Of a stretch of DNA of 64,000 bases, positions 1-17,967 are shown one piece after another. The stretch spans positions 9,397,059-9,461,058 of the forward strand of contig CAVNZM010000002.1 of the NCBI GenBank assembly GCA_963693365.1, in the 5' to 3' direction. Numbering within the stretch: position 1 is the stretch's first letter; each line of letters begins with the position of its first letter. Origin of the DNA: Amoebidium appalachense (taxonomy: Eukaryota; Protista; Ichthyosporea). The position numbers were made by a program, and so were the translations under genes. The notes beneath the pieces are model-generated. The model saw only the letters and a program-made list of their open reading frames with translations. It made no database searches and was not told the DNA's origin.

Positions 1-153
1 TTTGAGCACCCGCACTCGACGAAATCTTCGGACTGTGCGCACACCCCAGCCTCTGACCGCTTGGTTCGTAGCATGTCACCGACCTGAACAGAACGGGATT
101 GGGTGTTAAGAGTACGGCAGGTGAGTGGTGTGGTGTGGCTGGATGGATGCTGG

Positions 154-228
<75 letters not shown>

Positions 229-333
229 ATCGTGAGTGTGTGTGTGGAGGGGGGGGGAGGGGGGCATTGGTGGGGGGGGGGGGGGGGGGAGAGGGGGGGG
301 ACGGTGGAGGGGGGAGAAGGGTGTGGGGTGTTG

Positions 334-404
<71 letters not shown>

Positions 405-1135
405 CGCGCGCGCGTGTGTGTGGAGGGAGAGGGGGAGGGGTGGGAAGGGGGGCCCAGGGGAGACTGGGGTGGTGAAGCGAAACAGACCGAGGGAGCGCGA
501 GTCTTGGGAGGAGACTCCAAGACGTGCTTTTTCCAACGAATCAAAATGACTCCAAGACGTGCTTTCCAACGAATCAAAAGCAAGGAGAGCCATGAATGCA
601 GCAAAACTGAAAGCACAAAACATGTGGTACTCAAGCACGCACGCATGCACGCACATGTACAAACACCCCTTATCGGCTTTAACCAGGCAACGAATAACGG
701 CAGTCGAAAAACCCACACACACCTTCTTGAACCTATCCGGAAAGTATATCGGATTGATCATCAGCCCCTTGTCGAGGGGCGCCTTCTTCCCCAGGCTGGC
801 GCTCAGATCGATCAACACAATGTCCCCTTCAGGCGCCAACATAACGTTGTTGTGGTGCCGGTCGGTAATGTCAAACGCACACGTGACCACCATCACGGCA
901 AGCATCGAGTAGTAGAAGGCAGCCCACTTGCGGCAGTCGCAGCCCAAAAGCTCGTCCACCTCTTTGGCGTGGTAGCTGAGCATCGTTTTGCCTGGAAAGG
1001 TGTGTGTGTGTGTGTACGTGTGTGTGTGTGTGTGTGTACGTGTGCCAAGTAGTGTGTGTGTGTGTGTGTGCGTGTGTGTGTGTGTGTGTGTTGTCTATAC
1101 GTGTATCATGGTGTGTTTGTGTGTGGGCGCGCACA

Positions 1136-1166
<31 letters not shown>

Positions 1167-1182
1167 CTGTGTACCTTTGCCA

Positions 1183-1253
<71 letters not shown>

Positions 1254-1747
1254 TTTGTTTGTGTGCGTGTGTGTGCATGTGCATGTGTGTGAGTGAGTGA
1301 GTGAATGAGTGAGCAAGCGAGTGAGTGAGCGAGAAGGGGAAAGGGGGGGGGGGGGGGGGGGGGGGAGTGGAAGGGTTTAGAGTGCGAGATTGGCAGTATG
1401 AAGTAAAAACTCAAAACGAACAACAGGAAGCGGATAACAAAAAATAACACAAGGGTATGGAACACGGGGGGACGGGGGAACAAGGGGAAGGAGGCAAATT
1501 TTGAACCCATAAGATGTGAGAATTTGAACTTCATTCGGATAATAAAGACACAAGCCTCTCGTGTGATTGTCCCTTAAAACATGATGCCGCCAAAAAACCT
1601 GGCACAACACATCATTAAAAAAAAAAGAGACAATCACAATCCCCAATGTGTAGTATAAGCAAGGTCTATTCTCACGGGGTCTCTTATTATTCACAATTCG
1701 AGTTGCGGGGAGGGCGTGGAGGTCTTCTGCTTCTTCTTCTTCTTTTT

Positions 1748-1778
<31 letters not shown>

Positions 1779-1879
1779 GGGGAGGGGGAGGGGGGGGGGG
1801 AAATGTGGGTCTACAGGAATACACCAAGTCCAAGAGCTTTTGAGTTAACTATCAAGAGTCCAAGTGTCCGGGTGGGTGG

Positions 1880-1934
<55 letters not shown>

Positions 1935-2754
1935 GGAGGGGGGAGGGGGGAAGGAGGGGGGGGAGGGGGGAAGGAGGGGGGGGAGGGGAGGAAGGAAGCT
2001 ATGGAGAGAGAAATGAGAGATGTGAATGACTCAGAGAGAAGATAAAGGACCACTCACCAGGCACGACCTCCACGAATCCAGTGTTGTCGGGACACGCCAC
2101 GACATTGTAGGTCCTTATCCTCGTATTTAGCCCCTCCTGCCTCCACGCCTCGTTACTGTATTCAAACAGGCGCACCACCGCAACGTCCATTGAAATGTCG
2201 TCATCCTGCTTGTAGATGAACTTTGCCTCCTTCCCGTCGATGTTTGTGAAAACAAGGAGGTGTGGAAGTTTTCGAGAGTTGAACCGTTTCAATACGTCGA
2301 TACGCACCACGTCCGCCTCTTTTCCTTCACCGAGTGCCGGGCAAAACGTTCCGGAGGGCGGCTCGATGACGTGAGGGAGTAATTTGATGTTTCTGAGGTT
2401 GAGTGTTTGGAGGTATTTCGAAAGGTCGTTCCACTGTTTCTGTGTTGGCGTCTCTTCTTCCTCCTTTTGGGCTTCTTTTTTGCTGGTGCGTCGACGGATC
2501 GCCCCCATGAGACGGCCAACCTGTATCCTGGGACAGAAACGGGAGGTGTCCCTGCGCATATGTGTGTGTGTGTTTATGTGTGTGTGTGTGTGTGTGTGTA
2601 TGTGTGTGTGGGCGCCTGTGTGTGAGAGAGAGCGGGTGAGAGGGAGGGGGGCGGGGGGGGGGGGGGGGGGGGGGTATGGGCGAGTGCCGCACGTGTGGTG
2701 TTTGTGTTCTGGAGGGAACGGGGAAGAGGGGGAGGAGAGAGGGAAGGGCGGGCG

Positions 2755-2785
<31 letters not shown>

Positions 2786-3008
2786 CAATTTGAGTAATTG
2801 ACAAACACATAACGAAAACAAAAAAATACGCTCAAGGGTGAAGGGGGGGGGGGGGAGGGGGGGGAGGGGGGAAGCCTCGACAAATGAACATGTACCACAG
2901 GAAACTGCACACCCATTCACCCCCCACCAGAAAAGGCACAAATGCACATTGCACATACACACACACTCACACACACACACATACACACACACACACACAC
3001 ACAAGGTG

Positions 3009-3067
<59 letters not shown>

Positions 3068-3857
3068 GCGGGGGAAAGGAGGGGATTTATATAGAGAGAG
3101 ACATCCGTTGAGTCAGTAATCGGGCAACAAATGGTAGTCATGTCAGCTGAGTAGCCCAAAACTAGGTGAGACACATTCATAGAGCGAAGTTGCACACGAT
3201 GTCGGAAGCAATGATTTGCGAAAGTTATAAGTGAAGAAATAGGTCGGGCACGGGTGTATGACCAGAAGAAAAAGCTTACGAACGGAGCCTTCCCACACAT
3301 TCTGGGAGTTCCTGTGTACCCCCCTCCCAACCTCCCCCCCCCTCCCCCCTTACCACCCCCCTCCCCCCCTTACACACACACCCTCCCCCTCCGCCCTTCC
3401 TTCCCCTCTGTTGCTCTTGTTGCAAAGGCCCCCCCCCCCCCTTGCCCCACGTGCAGGAAACAGCCTCCTCCCCCCCCCCCCCCCCCAAAACACCCTCCCC
3501 CCCGTCGTCCACAGCCTATCCACCAATCATTGTCAATCATTATGCCTCCCCCCCCCCCCCGCTCCCCCGTCAGTCGTGCCCTTGTACCCCTCCTCAGTTT
3601 CTTCATAGGAGCACCTACGCTACGGTCTTGTCACGTGCTGGATCGGCCGTGTCGCTGTCCCCATCCTCCACATCGCTTGCTATGTCGCTGTACGTGAATG
3701 ACGCTTCGTTTTCCCCCGAGCTCGAGTTGCGTCGTTGGCGAGGGCTGACTAGTGACTTAACACTCTCAGGCATACTGAGAAGGGTTTGCGACAAACGGCG
3801 AACCACACTACCCTCTGCAATGAAACTTTGTGAGGGCAGATAAACTTCGGGCCACAT
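1..3857 (-). CDS. Divergent PI3K/PI4K-family kinase, multi-exon, 3' end beyond window
   Basis: Exons 3857-3619, 2527-2058, 991-723 and 83-1 join in frame through GT-AG sites with matching phases (2,1,0). The translation contains [12 protein letters not shown]...[12 protein letters not shown]...WRQEGL...YNVV...GFVEVVPG and [11 protein letters not shown]...LIDLS, i.e. the PI3K catalytic Lys-x-x-DD, hinge and DRHxxN motifs. The start at 3857 is tentative. Confidence 0.85.
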
Positions 3858-4314
3858 GCAGCCCTGTTATATAAGTGCTTTGGATTTTTCGGTTCAGTGG
3901 ACAAGAGGTTCCAGATCAGTGGACAAGAGGTGACTTGCACACACGTAAACACCATCACTTCGCACTTGAGCACACCAGAGCACTGAACGAAAAAGTGTCC
4001 AGCAAGTTTCAAAGCAGACGGGCTAAATAACGTTCTTTTTCCTCAGCGCAAACAAGACGAGTTCAGTTGAAGTTTCATGTAATTGTGGTTATCTGGGTCA
4101 TTTTGTCGTTGTCTAGAGCTGACCAACATGGCTCATACAACACCAAGGTAGTGCATGTCAGTTTTAAAAGTTAACACACCATACGGGCGGCCTTTGCTGC
4201 TATTGCCACGTGTGTGTGTGTGTGTGTGCAGCTATTTGTGGGCATACACATTTATGGTATTGTTACGTGCTCGCAGATGCGATGTGCCTGCCGATTGCAT
4301 GCATAGGAGCTGAG

Positions 4315-4875
4315 TTAATGCTCGTGAACATCACAATTGCTCTGAGCCGGGCAAGTCTGAGCAGCACACTCTTGGACCAAGAATAAAAACGACTGTTGCT
4401 GTGGAGGGAGGGGAAGGTGTGTGTGTGTGTGTGCGGGAAGGAGCCAAGAAACAGGTATACAGGGTGGAGGAAAGCAGAAAGACCCACCAGACTTCGTTTC
4501 CAGGAGTTTGTTGGCTCCGTTAACTCTTTCCCGGGGTGGGCTCGCACTGTGTTGTTCCACAGGGCGAGGAGGGATTCCCCCCTCATTTTCCGTCTTCGTA
4601 ATCCCCTCGCTCTCCGTCTTCCTTAGTTCACCTCCTTTTGACCCCGCCATTTCTTGCGCATTACCGGAAGAAGTTGAAGCTAAAGGGAGTGGAGCACTGC
4701 TTGATACTCGTTCTTGGGCAACAGCACAAGTTTCTGGACAGTGTAAAACGGTAAAATCGTCTTGGGACTCAGTGGTCAGGTGAATGGATGTTTTGTGTTG
4801 TAGTATCTTCGCCTCTGTCGCATTGTTGGTGTCAACTGCATTGTCTCGAAGGGTTGGTGGTGTCATGGTCGCCAT
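4315..4875 (-). CDS. Hypothetical low-complexity/disordered protein (separate gene or 5' part of the kinase gene)
   Basis: 186-aa ORF in mostly non-repetitive sequence with AAAATGG start context and a possible internal donor near 4487. No recognisable domain, and I could not join it in frame to the kinase exons. Confidence 0.35.
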   Translation of the reverse strand: MATMTPPTLRDNAVDTNNATEAKILQHKTSIHLTTESQDDFTVLHCPETCAVAQERVSSSAPLPLASTSSGNAQEMAGSKGGELRKTESEGITKTENEGGIPPRPVEQHSASPPRERVNGANKLLETKSGGSFCFPPPCIPVSWLLPAHTHTHLPLPPQQQSFLFLVQECAAQTCPAQSNCDVHEH

Positions 4876-6079
4876 TTTTATAGTTTTACGTCAAAGAGTT
4901 TAAGAGGCCACTAAAAACTCTGCAATATCACGTGTTGCTCTCTAAACAAAACTGCTCCATGGTGTGCACGGCCACGGAGAAGTGCCCGCTGCAAGTTTAG
5001 CCTCTCCGCTGATTGCAGGCATGCGTAGTCTGTTGCATTATGACGTCATATATAAACCCTTCAAGAGTTTGATAGAGAACAGTTGGTTTACTATAAAGTG
5101 CACATATTTAGACTAATGATAAGAGATAAAAAAACAAAAGCTTTGGGGAATGTTGACGGTCAAGCGGATGTATGATTAAACACCAATCAAACGTGCACGT
5201 GTCCTGTGACGACTGGACAACAAGCAGATCACGACAAAATGGGTCCGGCTTTACAACAAGCAAGTTTTTGATTGTGCAAAACCAACGAACTATCCAGCTA
5301 TGCATGTAACATATTGAACTTATGCTGAATTCTTTGGCTAGGAGATTTTTTGTATGTAACAAAGTCAACACAACAATACATAAAGAGACACACGGTCACA
5401 CACCAGCAACTGACCAATGGAATCAACCATACTTCCCAGGCTCAGGGCTGCAACGACATCGTCAACGATTGGCTGAAAGTGGAACAGTCACTATGACGTC
5501 AACCTGACGACTGGCCCAGCCGGCTGCACTGCTTTCCGTCTGAGTTCCGTCGACGCCTTACAAGTTGATGGCCAGCTCAGGGTAGTACATACATGCATAC
5601 CGTAGTAGCGGGCAGGAGTGGGCAGGGACATGGTCGTGACCCCGTGAAGCTGTGCCACGCCGTGCAAGGACTTGTAGTACTGGCGCTGTACAGTCTGGCG
5701 GCCCCGCGGAACGGGTGCATGCTTGTTTGCACCACGCTATTGCCACGTCTACATATCACAAGTCACAAAAAGACTCGGGTCTGTCGACTATGGAAGGGCT
5801 ATATGGCCCGATGCTGGGTGATGGGTACATATCATGGTGTGTGCGTGCATCTGCGCGCGCGCGCGCGTGTGTGTGTATGTGTGTGTGTGTGTGTGTGTGT
5901 TGTGTACGTGCGCACGCCGCATGTGCGTGTGGTGTGCCATGGTGTTCGTGAGTGTGTGTGTGTGCATGTGCGCCCGTGTACGTTTGTGTGTGTGATCGTT
6001 TGTAAGTAACCTCAAGACTTGTGGAAACACAGTGTGCCCCGGTGCCACCCAAAAAACCAAAACGAAAATGCCAATGTTG

Positions 6080-6112
6080 CAGAGAGAGAGGGAGCTGGAG
6101 AGACAGACAGAG

Positions 6113-6143
<31 letters not shown>

Positions 6144-6251
6144 GGGGAGAGAGAGAGAGAGAAAGAGATAGAGGGGGGGGGGGGGGGGGGGAGAGAGAGA
6201 GAGAGAGGAAGAGAGAGAGAGAGCGAACGAGAGAGATAGAGAGAGCGAGCT

Positions 6252-6330
<79 letters not shown>

Positions 6331-6577
6331 GGGAGGGAGGGAGGGAGGGAGGGAGGGAAGGAGGGAGAGAGAGAGAGGCAGGGGAAGGGTTGGGGGGAAG
6401 AGAGAGGGAGGCTGAAAGGTGGGGGCGGGGAGGGAGTAGGAGAGAGGCAGAGAGAAAGGGGGGGGCCGGGGGGCAAGACTGAAGGGGAAGGGGGGGGGGG
6501 GGGGGGAGGGGGGGGAGGGAGGGGGCCAGGCGGGGGAGGGGGGGGAGAGGGGGAGAGAGAGAGAGAGAAAGAGAGAG

Positions 6578-6660
<83 letters not shown>
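6080..6660. repeat. Compound (GA)n/poly-G microsatellite
   Basis: Long GA dinucleotide runs interrupted by G homopolymers, seen directly. Confidence 0.95.
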
Positions 6661-7625
6661 CGGGGGACAGAGAAGAAGAGGGGGAAAGTTACTGATTAGT
6701 ACTGTGGAGTAAAGAAACGTTAGACATCCATGTGTTAATGCTAGTAAAATGACCGTGCACGGTGAGATCCTCATATGAAAAGGGGGAGGTTCCCGGAGGG
6801 AGGAGGGGAAGGGGGGGGGGAGGTGGAGGGGGGGGGGGGGGGGGGGGGAAGGGGAGAAAACACGGTGCCACGGTTAATGTGTGTGCCTGCCAGATGCGTC
6901 ACTATTCTTCTCGGCAAAGAAGATCTAGAACAATCAAGGGCCTCTTTGCCTATCGGTCACAAAACCTTCCATGTTGTCGCAAATCAGTCCCACTCTCTCT
7001 TAAAATTCTTCAGACTGTCAGCCATACTGACACCCACACACCGAGAGCTCTCTCCCACAGATGAGAGCTCTTCCAGAAAAAGTTTTGCATGTGCAAGTCG
7101 AGAAGTCGGCAGTCGGCACGTGATTCGATTGGGTATCTGCGCATCACTGTTAACGTTGGCGCCAAAACGTGCCGGCATGACGTCACAGCCATAACGGTCA
7201 TGCATGCCCCCCGGTCTGGCTCATGGCCCCGGCCCAGAGTCTCAGACGGGTACCCCGGCCGGCCCGGGGCGCAGTTGCAGTTCTCTGAGCAACGTTGTAC
7301 AGGCAGACCGGCCGGCTCGACCAACTTGAAACACCGTTACATCTTTTCAGTTGAATCTCACGTTTTTCACAGACTATATACAGGTGCCATACGTTTAATA
7401 TCAGGCTTATTTGTTGTCTGTGCAGATGCATGTATAATAACAGTTCGTAGGGAGAGTGTTTCCGGTTTTTCTATTTTGGTGATTCACATCCTAGATGCAG
7501 CTTACAATAATTCAACTCAGGCGCCATCCCTCTTGATAAACAAACCTAATAGTTACTCCACATATATAGCACACCCAAGTCGAGCATAGTTGGCATAGGT
7601 GGCTTGTCGCCCCCCTGTCGCAATA

Positions 7626-9394
7626 ATGGTGAACACGCAACAAACAGCGTTTTACACAAACGAGGTGATGTTAAAGCACAGCCCCAAAGTTCCCTTTGAG
7701 AGTGCCGAGAGAATAGCAGCCCAAGTGAGGCACATCATATCCGAGGGCCTCCCAGATCACTGTTTCAAAGGCAAATCCCAACTCGGACGCGAAGCGACGG
7801 AAGAAGAACTAGAACTAGCACACGATAGGGATTACCTTCGTGCTATTTCCCAAACATCGGAAAAATCCGCGTTTGTTTCAGCCACAAAGCAAAGCCCACA
7901 CGCAAACAGACAGAGAAAGGCAACATCTAGCGACACACATCACCAGGAGTTTGACGAGCTAAGGCGGCCTTTTGCTATGAACGTGCACGCATTGGAAGAC
8001 TGTGTTTTTAACAAGTATACATACACGGCGGCAAAAACCGCCACCGGATGTGTCCTAGATGCGTGCGAGTGGGTCACGGAAAACGCGCGCAAAAACCGAA
8101 GCGGTCATGTGGTCGGGGAAGGAGAGGGGGAGAATGGTGGGAACGACAGGAGGAACGCTTTCGCAGCTGTGCGGCCACCTGGGCACCATGCATGTTCTCG
8201 ATTCTTCGGGGGATTCTGCTATGTCAATCAAGTTGCTGTCGCGGCGCTCTATGCTAGGAATGTGCTTGGGTTGGAGAGGGTGGTGGTGGTGGATTGGGAC
8301 GTGCACCATGGAGATGGGACGGAGGATATATTGTTGAAGAAGGGGGACAATGGGATCCTATTCTTCTCGATACATCGTTTCGGTGATGGGTTTTTCCCCG
8401 GCACGGGAGATGTGGCGGACAAACGCGTCGTCGAGAACAACGGGTGGAGGAGAACTGTAAATATCCCGCTCGTTCCCGAACTGGGAAAGATAAATGGGGA
8501 GGATGATGTCACGGGGGGTTTTGGAAACAGGGAGTATTTGGAGGTATTCCGTCAGGCAGTGATTCCGATCATGCGGAAGGCGTTCGATGGGAAAAAACCA
8601 CAACTCATCCTCGTTTCAAGCGGGTTTGATGCGGCCGAGGGAGATATGTTGGGGGGCTTTCTACTAACGGCGGCGGGCTATTCCGCAATGTTGCAAATTT
8701 TGTGCCGGTCGGCCGAAAAATGGACATGTGGTGGTTGTGACGGAGGGAGGGTACACCCCACACGTCAATGCTCTGTGTGCAAGCGCCTGTTTGCGGACAC
8801 TAATCCAAGCGAGTAAAGTGGGTTGCGAAGTCGGTAGAGAGTTGCGAAAGGAGGAAGGAGAGATACCCGATGTTGACCCCATGGAGCTTCATCTCTTCCC
8901 GTTTGTTGACCCAGGGGCCCAAGGCCGCACACAGACGGCGATCGACCATGTTCGCGCATTCCACCTCGGGGAGAAGCCAAGCACGATAGCTAGCCCAAAT
9001 CTCTCCTCCCTCTCACGGGGGATGGAGAAGATGCAACTGGAAGATGCACGTGCCTCATCCCCTCTTCCCACCACTGTGATCCCCACCCCGGCAGCCCAAA
9101 ACACAACCGTCCCATCTACTTCGAGTTCCCTTCATCGCACCCCCCGGTCGGTCTACACCCCCTCCAATCGAGCAACCCCCACCCGCGACACCGGAATCTC
9201 ACACGCCCGCATCCACACCTGCCGGTAAATCTACCCATGAAGCAGGCGGGTCCAATGGTTATGCAACCCCCCTGCAAGCAACACAGAAGAGGGAGACACG
9301 GTCTGCTACACGTGCCAAGGAGAGGACGGCAAATCCATCGGACACTGTGGCCGTTACTGATAGCCCACTGGGGGCTAAGGTCAGGCACGGATAG
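7626..9394 (+). pseudogene. Class II (HDA1/HDAC6-like) histone deacetylase, copy 1, frameshifted
   Basis: Motifs RPPGHHA, GGFCYVN, DWDVHHGDG, SIHR, FFPGTG, VNIPL and SSGFDAAEGDMLG are in one frame. The catalytic EGGY motif lies in another frame because of one extra A at 8716-8720 relative to the paralogue. A second shift near 9130-9145 separates the tail homologous to copy 2, which ends at TAG 9392-9394. It could be an intact gene if the homopolymer calls are errors. Confidence 0.8.
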
Positions 9395-9434
9395 CACTTT
9401 TGAAACATCTTTTAAGTCATGTTCTGGTAGGTGC

Positions 9435-9481
<47 letters not shown>

Positions 9482-10407
9482 GCTCTCCCCCCTCCCCCTC
9501 CGCTTCCGCACCTTTTCCTGGCTCTGCGCTCACCTACCCGCCCTCAAACCATACATCTACTCACCCACACCTACACCCACACTCCCTACATTTACAACCC
9601 CCCACCCCCCACCCCAGTGGCGCCACCCACCACCAACCACTACCACCACCTTCCCGTTTTTCGAATATTTGAACTTCATACGGTGAAGAACTTTATAGTC
9701 CCCCCCCCCCCCCCCCATCTTAGTCCGGTCTCCCCTACCCTCGGCTCCCCTTCTCCTTGTTCCCCTCCGCCTCCCCCCCCCTAAACCTCTTCCCGACAAC
9801 CCCGCCCATTCACCCAAAGGCTCAAACTACACCACAGACTTCAATCCCCCCCTCCCCCCCCCCCCGCCCCCACAATAACCACCATTACCAACCACAACCA
9901 CCACTCTCCCGTTTTTCAGTTATTGAACTTCATGCGGTTAAGAACCGTGTTATCCCCCCCCTCCGCCCCCCACCTCCCCCCCCCCCCCCCCCCCCCCCCC
10001 CACCCACCCACCCACACACACACACAGGTCTTGGTCTTTCTCCCCCACCCTAGGGCCCCTTTCGTCTTGCTCTCTCTTGCTCTCCCCCCCCCCCCCCCCC
10101 CCCCCTCCCCTCCCCCCGGCAACGGTTACCACCCATTCGCCGAATGGCTCAAACTCACACCACAGACGTCAAGAGCCTCCCCCCCCCCCCCTTGTAGTCT
10201 ATGGCGCATTCAACAACAACAACAACCCCCCCCCCCCCCCCCTTCCCTTTCCGGGCTCTCTCCAGCCTCCACCCTCACCTTTGTCTTCATCTCACACTGC
10301 ACTGTCCAATCCTGTCCTTTTGTGTTTCTTTGATGTCTCTTCGCCTGTGTCCTATGTCCTAGGGTCTACCAAACCCATACATTAAAACGTTTGCATGGTC
10401 TTCTCTT

Positions 10408-10454
<47 letters not shown>

Positions 10455-10867
10455 ACCCCACCCCATGGTCTTCCCTTGCTCTCTCCCCCGCCCCACCCCA
10501 CCCCACCCCCCTCCGCAATCACCACCACCACCATCACCTGATTCACCACCATCACAAGAGAGGCAGGCACACAACCACTAACCCACCACTTTTCTCCCTC
10601 AAATTCTCAGTCCCTTACACCACCATAATAACCACACGAGCGAATAGTGGTTACCCATTCCGTTTGCATGGCTCCGGTGAAATGGACACGAGGTGCTAAC
10701 CATTTGCACACTTGCTTTCTTACAGGTACTTGATTGGCCATCAAACTCGGGTTTTGCCCACCTCAACTTTTGAGCCACTTTTGAGCCAGCGCCAATGAGG
10801 TCGTGGTGTGTGGTGATTTCGCTGTGACTTTTCCCCTCTTCTCTCTTCTTTCTTTCTTTTTTCCTAT

Positions 10868-10911
<44 letters not shown>

Positions 10912-11185
10912 TTTTGCCGATGATTTGTGGTGTGTGGTGATTTCGCTGTGGGGCTTTCCCCCTTTTTTTCCCGCATTTGATTCATTCACTCTTTCTTTCT
11001 TCCGTTCTTTTCTCCCTTTCTCTTCTTTCTTTCTTTCTTTCTTTCTTTTCTTTTTTTCTTTTTTTTTTTTTTTTCGCGGGGGGGGGGGGGGGGGGGGGGG
11101 GATGGGATATATTTGGTTGAAGACAGCCTGTGTTCACGGTTGGATATGTTTTTTGTTGTCCTTTACCACATGACGGGAGGGAGGT

Positions 11186-11216
<31 letters not shown>

Positions 11217-12205
11217 GGGGGAGGGGGGGAGGGGGGCTTCATACCCTAGCTGATGTAATCATGGGTCGTGGCTTCAATTCATATTGGCATTGTATATGAA
11301 GCAATCTTGTGTTTATTCAGTGAAAATGAATATATTCCAGCTCTGGTCGCTAGATCGTCCATGTGAATACAGTCTTAGTCTCCGATGGTTAGAAGAATGT
11401 TTATATTTGTTTCTCTGCAAAGATTGTTCTCACTAAGCATTTTTAGACGGAAGATCAAGTTGACATGTTTGGGCGGTGGGGGGGAAGCTTTCTGGGATAA
11501 GTTTTCGTGTATTGCGCCTTCACGGGTAGTGTTGCAGTACCTAACAGTCCAAACACCCTATCCAAGTTGCTATCGTTCGAGTAGGTTAACTTACTTCCTT
11601 TTTTTTTTAAGAGGTTTTTTTTAGGGTTTTAGGGGGGTTTCTTTTGTTTGTTGGGGGGGGGGGGGGGAGGGGGGGGGGTTCCGGGCGGGGCGGGGCGGGT
11701 CGGGTCGGAGGATGAAAGGGGGGGGGGGGGGGGGGGGGGATATTCAGCGGAAAAAACTATAGAAACAAGGATTATTTAAGATATATATAACATTAGAAAA
11801 TCAGAGTAGATGCATGAAAAGTGCACTAGGGGTGCAGTGATGGTGTGTTACTGTTTCAACTTGAAGTGGTTTCAATCAATACTTGAAACCAAACACTTCC
11901 GGTAACTCCCATTCCGAAACACACACACAACACACACACAGACACACAGACAAACAGACACACACACACACACACACACATGGTGGAACATAAACTCGGG
12001 ACACATCACAAAAGCACATATGTATACCATAGCAACGGACCTAAGCACAAATATGCATCAGGCAATTGCAGCACAGCACCCCCTCACCTGTCCCCGCCCG
12101 CCTGGCATAGACAACCGTGTTAACCTAACTAATAGTTGACTTAGTCTATGACTGAATAAAGCCACACATGTGCAAGCCCCCCCCCCCCCCCCCCCCCCCC
12201 CCCCC

Positions 12206-12238
<33 letters not shown>

Positions 12239-13229
12239 AAAAAACCATTGCAACAGCAGCATCACGCCACCATCCCCCCTTCCCCCCCCCTGCAGGCATT
12301 TAATTTCTCGTGCACACACGTAGGTGCATGAAATGCCATGAATGCTCCTATAGCCAACAACATGGCTGACACTGCTAAGTTACACACAATCAACCACCAT
12401 GACGTGCGCGCGGAGGCCAACGATAAGGAAGCGCTAAACAAAGCACGCACCAAACCACAAACACACATGTGTACACACAGACACACACACACACACACAA
12501 ACAGAGCCTCGGGGGGGGGGGGGGGGGGGGGGGGGGCAAGAGATAGAAATTCGGAGAAAGCTTCAGAGAAAGTCAGAGCGAGAGATAAAAGACTACAGAA
12601 AGAGGGAGGGGGGAGGGGGGGAAGAGAGAGAGAGAGAGAAGGAGGCGGGGGGAGAGGGGGGAGAAAGGGTTAGGGAGAGAAAGACCGACTCACAGAAATA
12701 GACACAAAACACACCAAAAATGTGCACGATCACGTGGTACCCCTTTCATTATATTCCTTCGTATCATCCACACCGATTGCTATGTTACAAACACGCACGC
12801 GTGACACAGTGACACGCACGCACACACGCACACACGCTCGTACGCACGAACGTACGAACGCACCAGACGCACGAACCGTGACGCACATCTTCGGGCACAT
12901 CGCAAACAAAAGGTGGCTCTAGTTAAATCTCTGACCGGAACGAAATCGCACAGAAATATAACCGTAATAAGGTAGTTGCAATGGTGGGGGGGGGGGGGGG
13001 GGGGGGGGCCAGGGGAAGTAGCCTGGAAAGAGAGACAGAGAGAAAGAGAGACGTGCATCAGAGGAAGCCGCCGGCGGGTGGGAGAGGACGGGGGGAGAGG
13101 TTTGTGGTGGTGGTGGTGGTGGGGGAGGGGGACCACTGGCTGCGAGCTGTAGGTGGTGGGTTACGGGCCCTGAGATACCCCACCGTGGGTAACAAGTTGA
13201 GCTCCCTAAAGATACATAGCCTAGCTCCT

Positions 13230-16930
<3,701 letters not shown>

Positions 16931-17235
16931 AAAAAAAAAAAAAACCCCCGCAGCCCAGAAGAAGGACCAACAGGACCGGGGCGGGCGCGCCCTTCCTCCC
17001 TCCCCCCACCACCACCACCAGCACCACCACCACCTCCCTCCCTAGGCACCTACAAGAGAGGCGGAGCAACAAGGTGCCCCTGGCGAGGGAGGGAAAGAAG
17101 GGGGGGGGGGGAGGGGGGGGGGGGGAGAGGGTCCTGGGAGGGAAGGGGAGGAAGAGGACCGTGAGAGCATAACAACGTACACCTTCACTGACGTCGACAT
17201 ACACTCACACCTGAACGCGTGTGCGTGCGCGCGGG

Positions 17236-17304
<69 letters not shown>

Positions 17305-17367
17305 ACATACAGACAAACACGTGACACATACTCTAACAAACACCCACCCACGGGATTGAAACACACA

Positions 17368-17455
<88 letters not shown>

Positions 17456-17535
17456 AACACACACAGACACACACGCACAGATTAATACACTACACATACT
17501 CTAACAAACACCCACCCACCGGATTGCAACACACA

Positions 17536-17590
<55 letters not shown>

Positions 17591-17777
17591 TTGACACACA
17601 TATACACACACACAAAGAATACACACACAGACGTGTGCATACACACACGTGCACGCAAGGGCACACACACACACACACACAAGCATATACAGACGCCTAA
17701 GTGTACGTGCACAAATACACACGCAAACGTGACACAATCACTCACACACACACAAACACACACACACACTGCGTCTT

Positions 17778-17967
<190 letters not shown>

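Noticed and set aside
6870-7130. Protein-like minus-strand stretch (AHAKLFLEELSS...)
   Set aside because: Interrupted by stops, with no recognisable family.
8716-8720. Programmed ribosomal frameshift in HDAC copy 1
   Set aside because: No canonical slippery heptamer or adjacent stop, and the paralogue is in frame at this site; mutation or homopolymer error is simpler.
12262-12498. Hydrophobic minus-strand ORF and overlapping plus-strand ORF
   Set aside because: No convincing splice sites, motif or partner exons.
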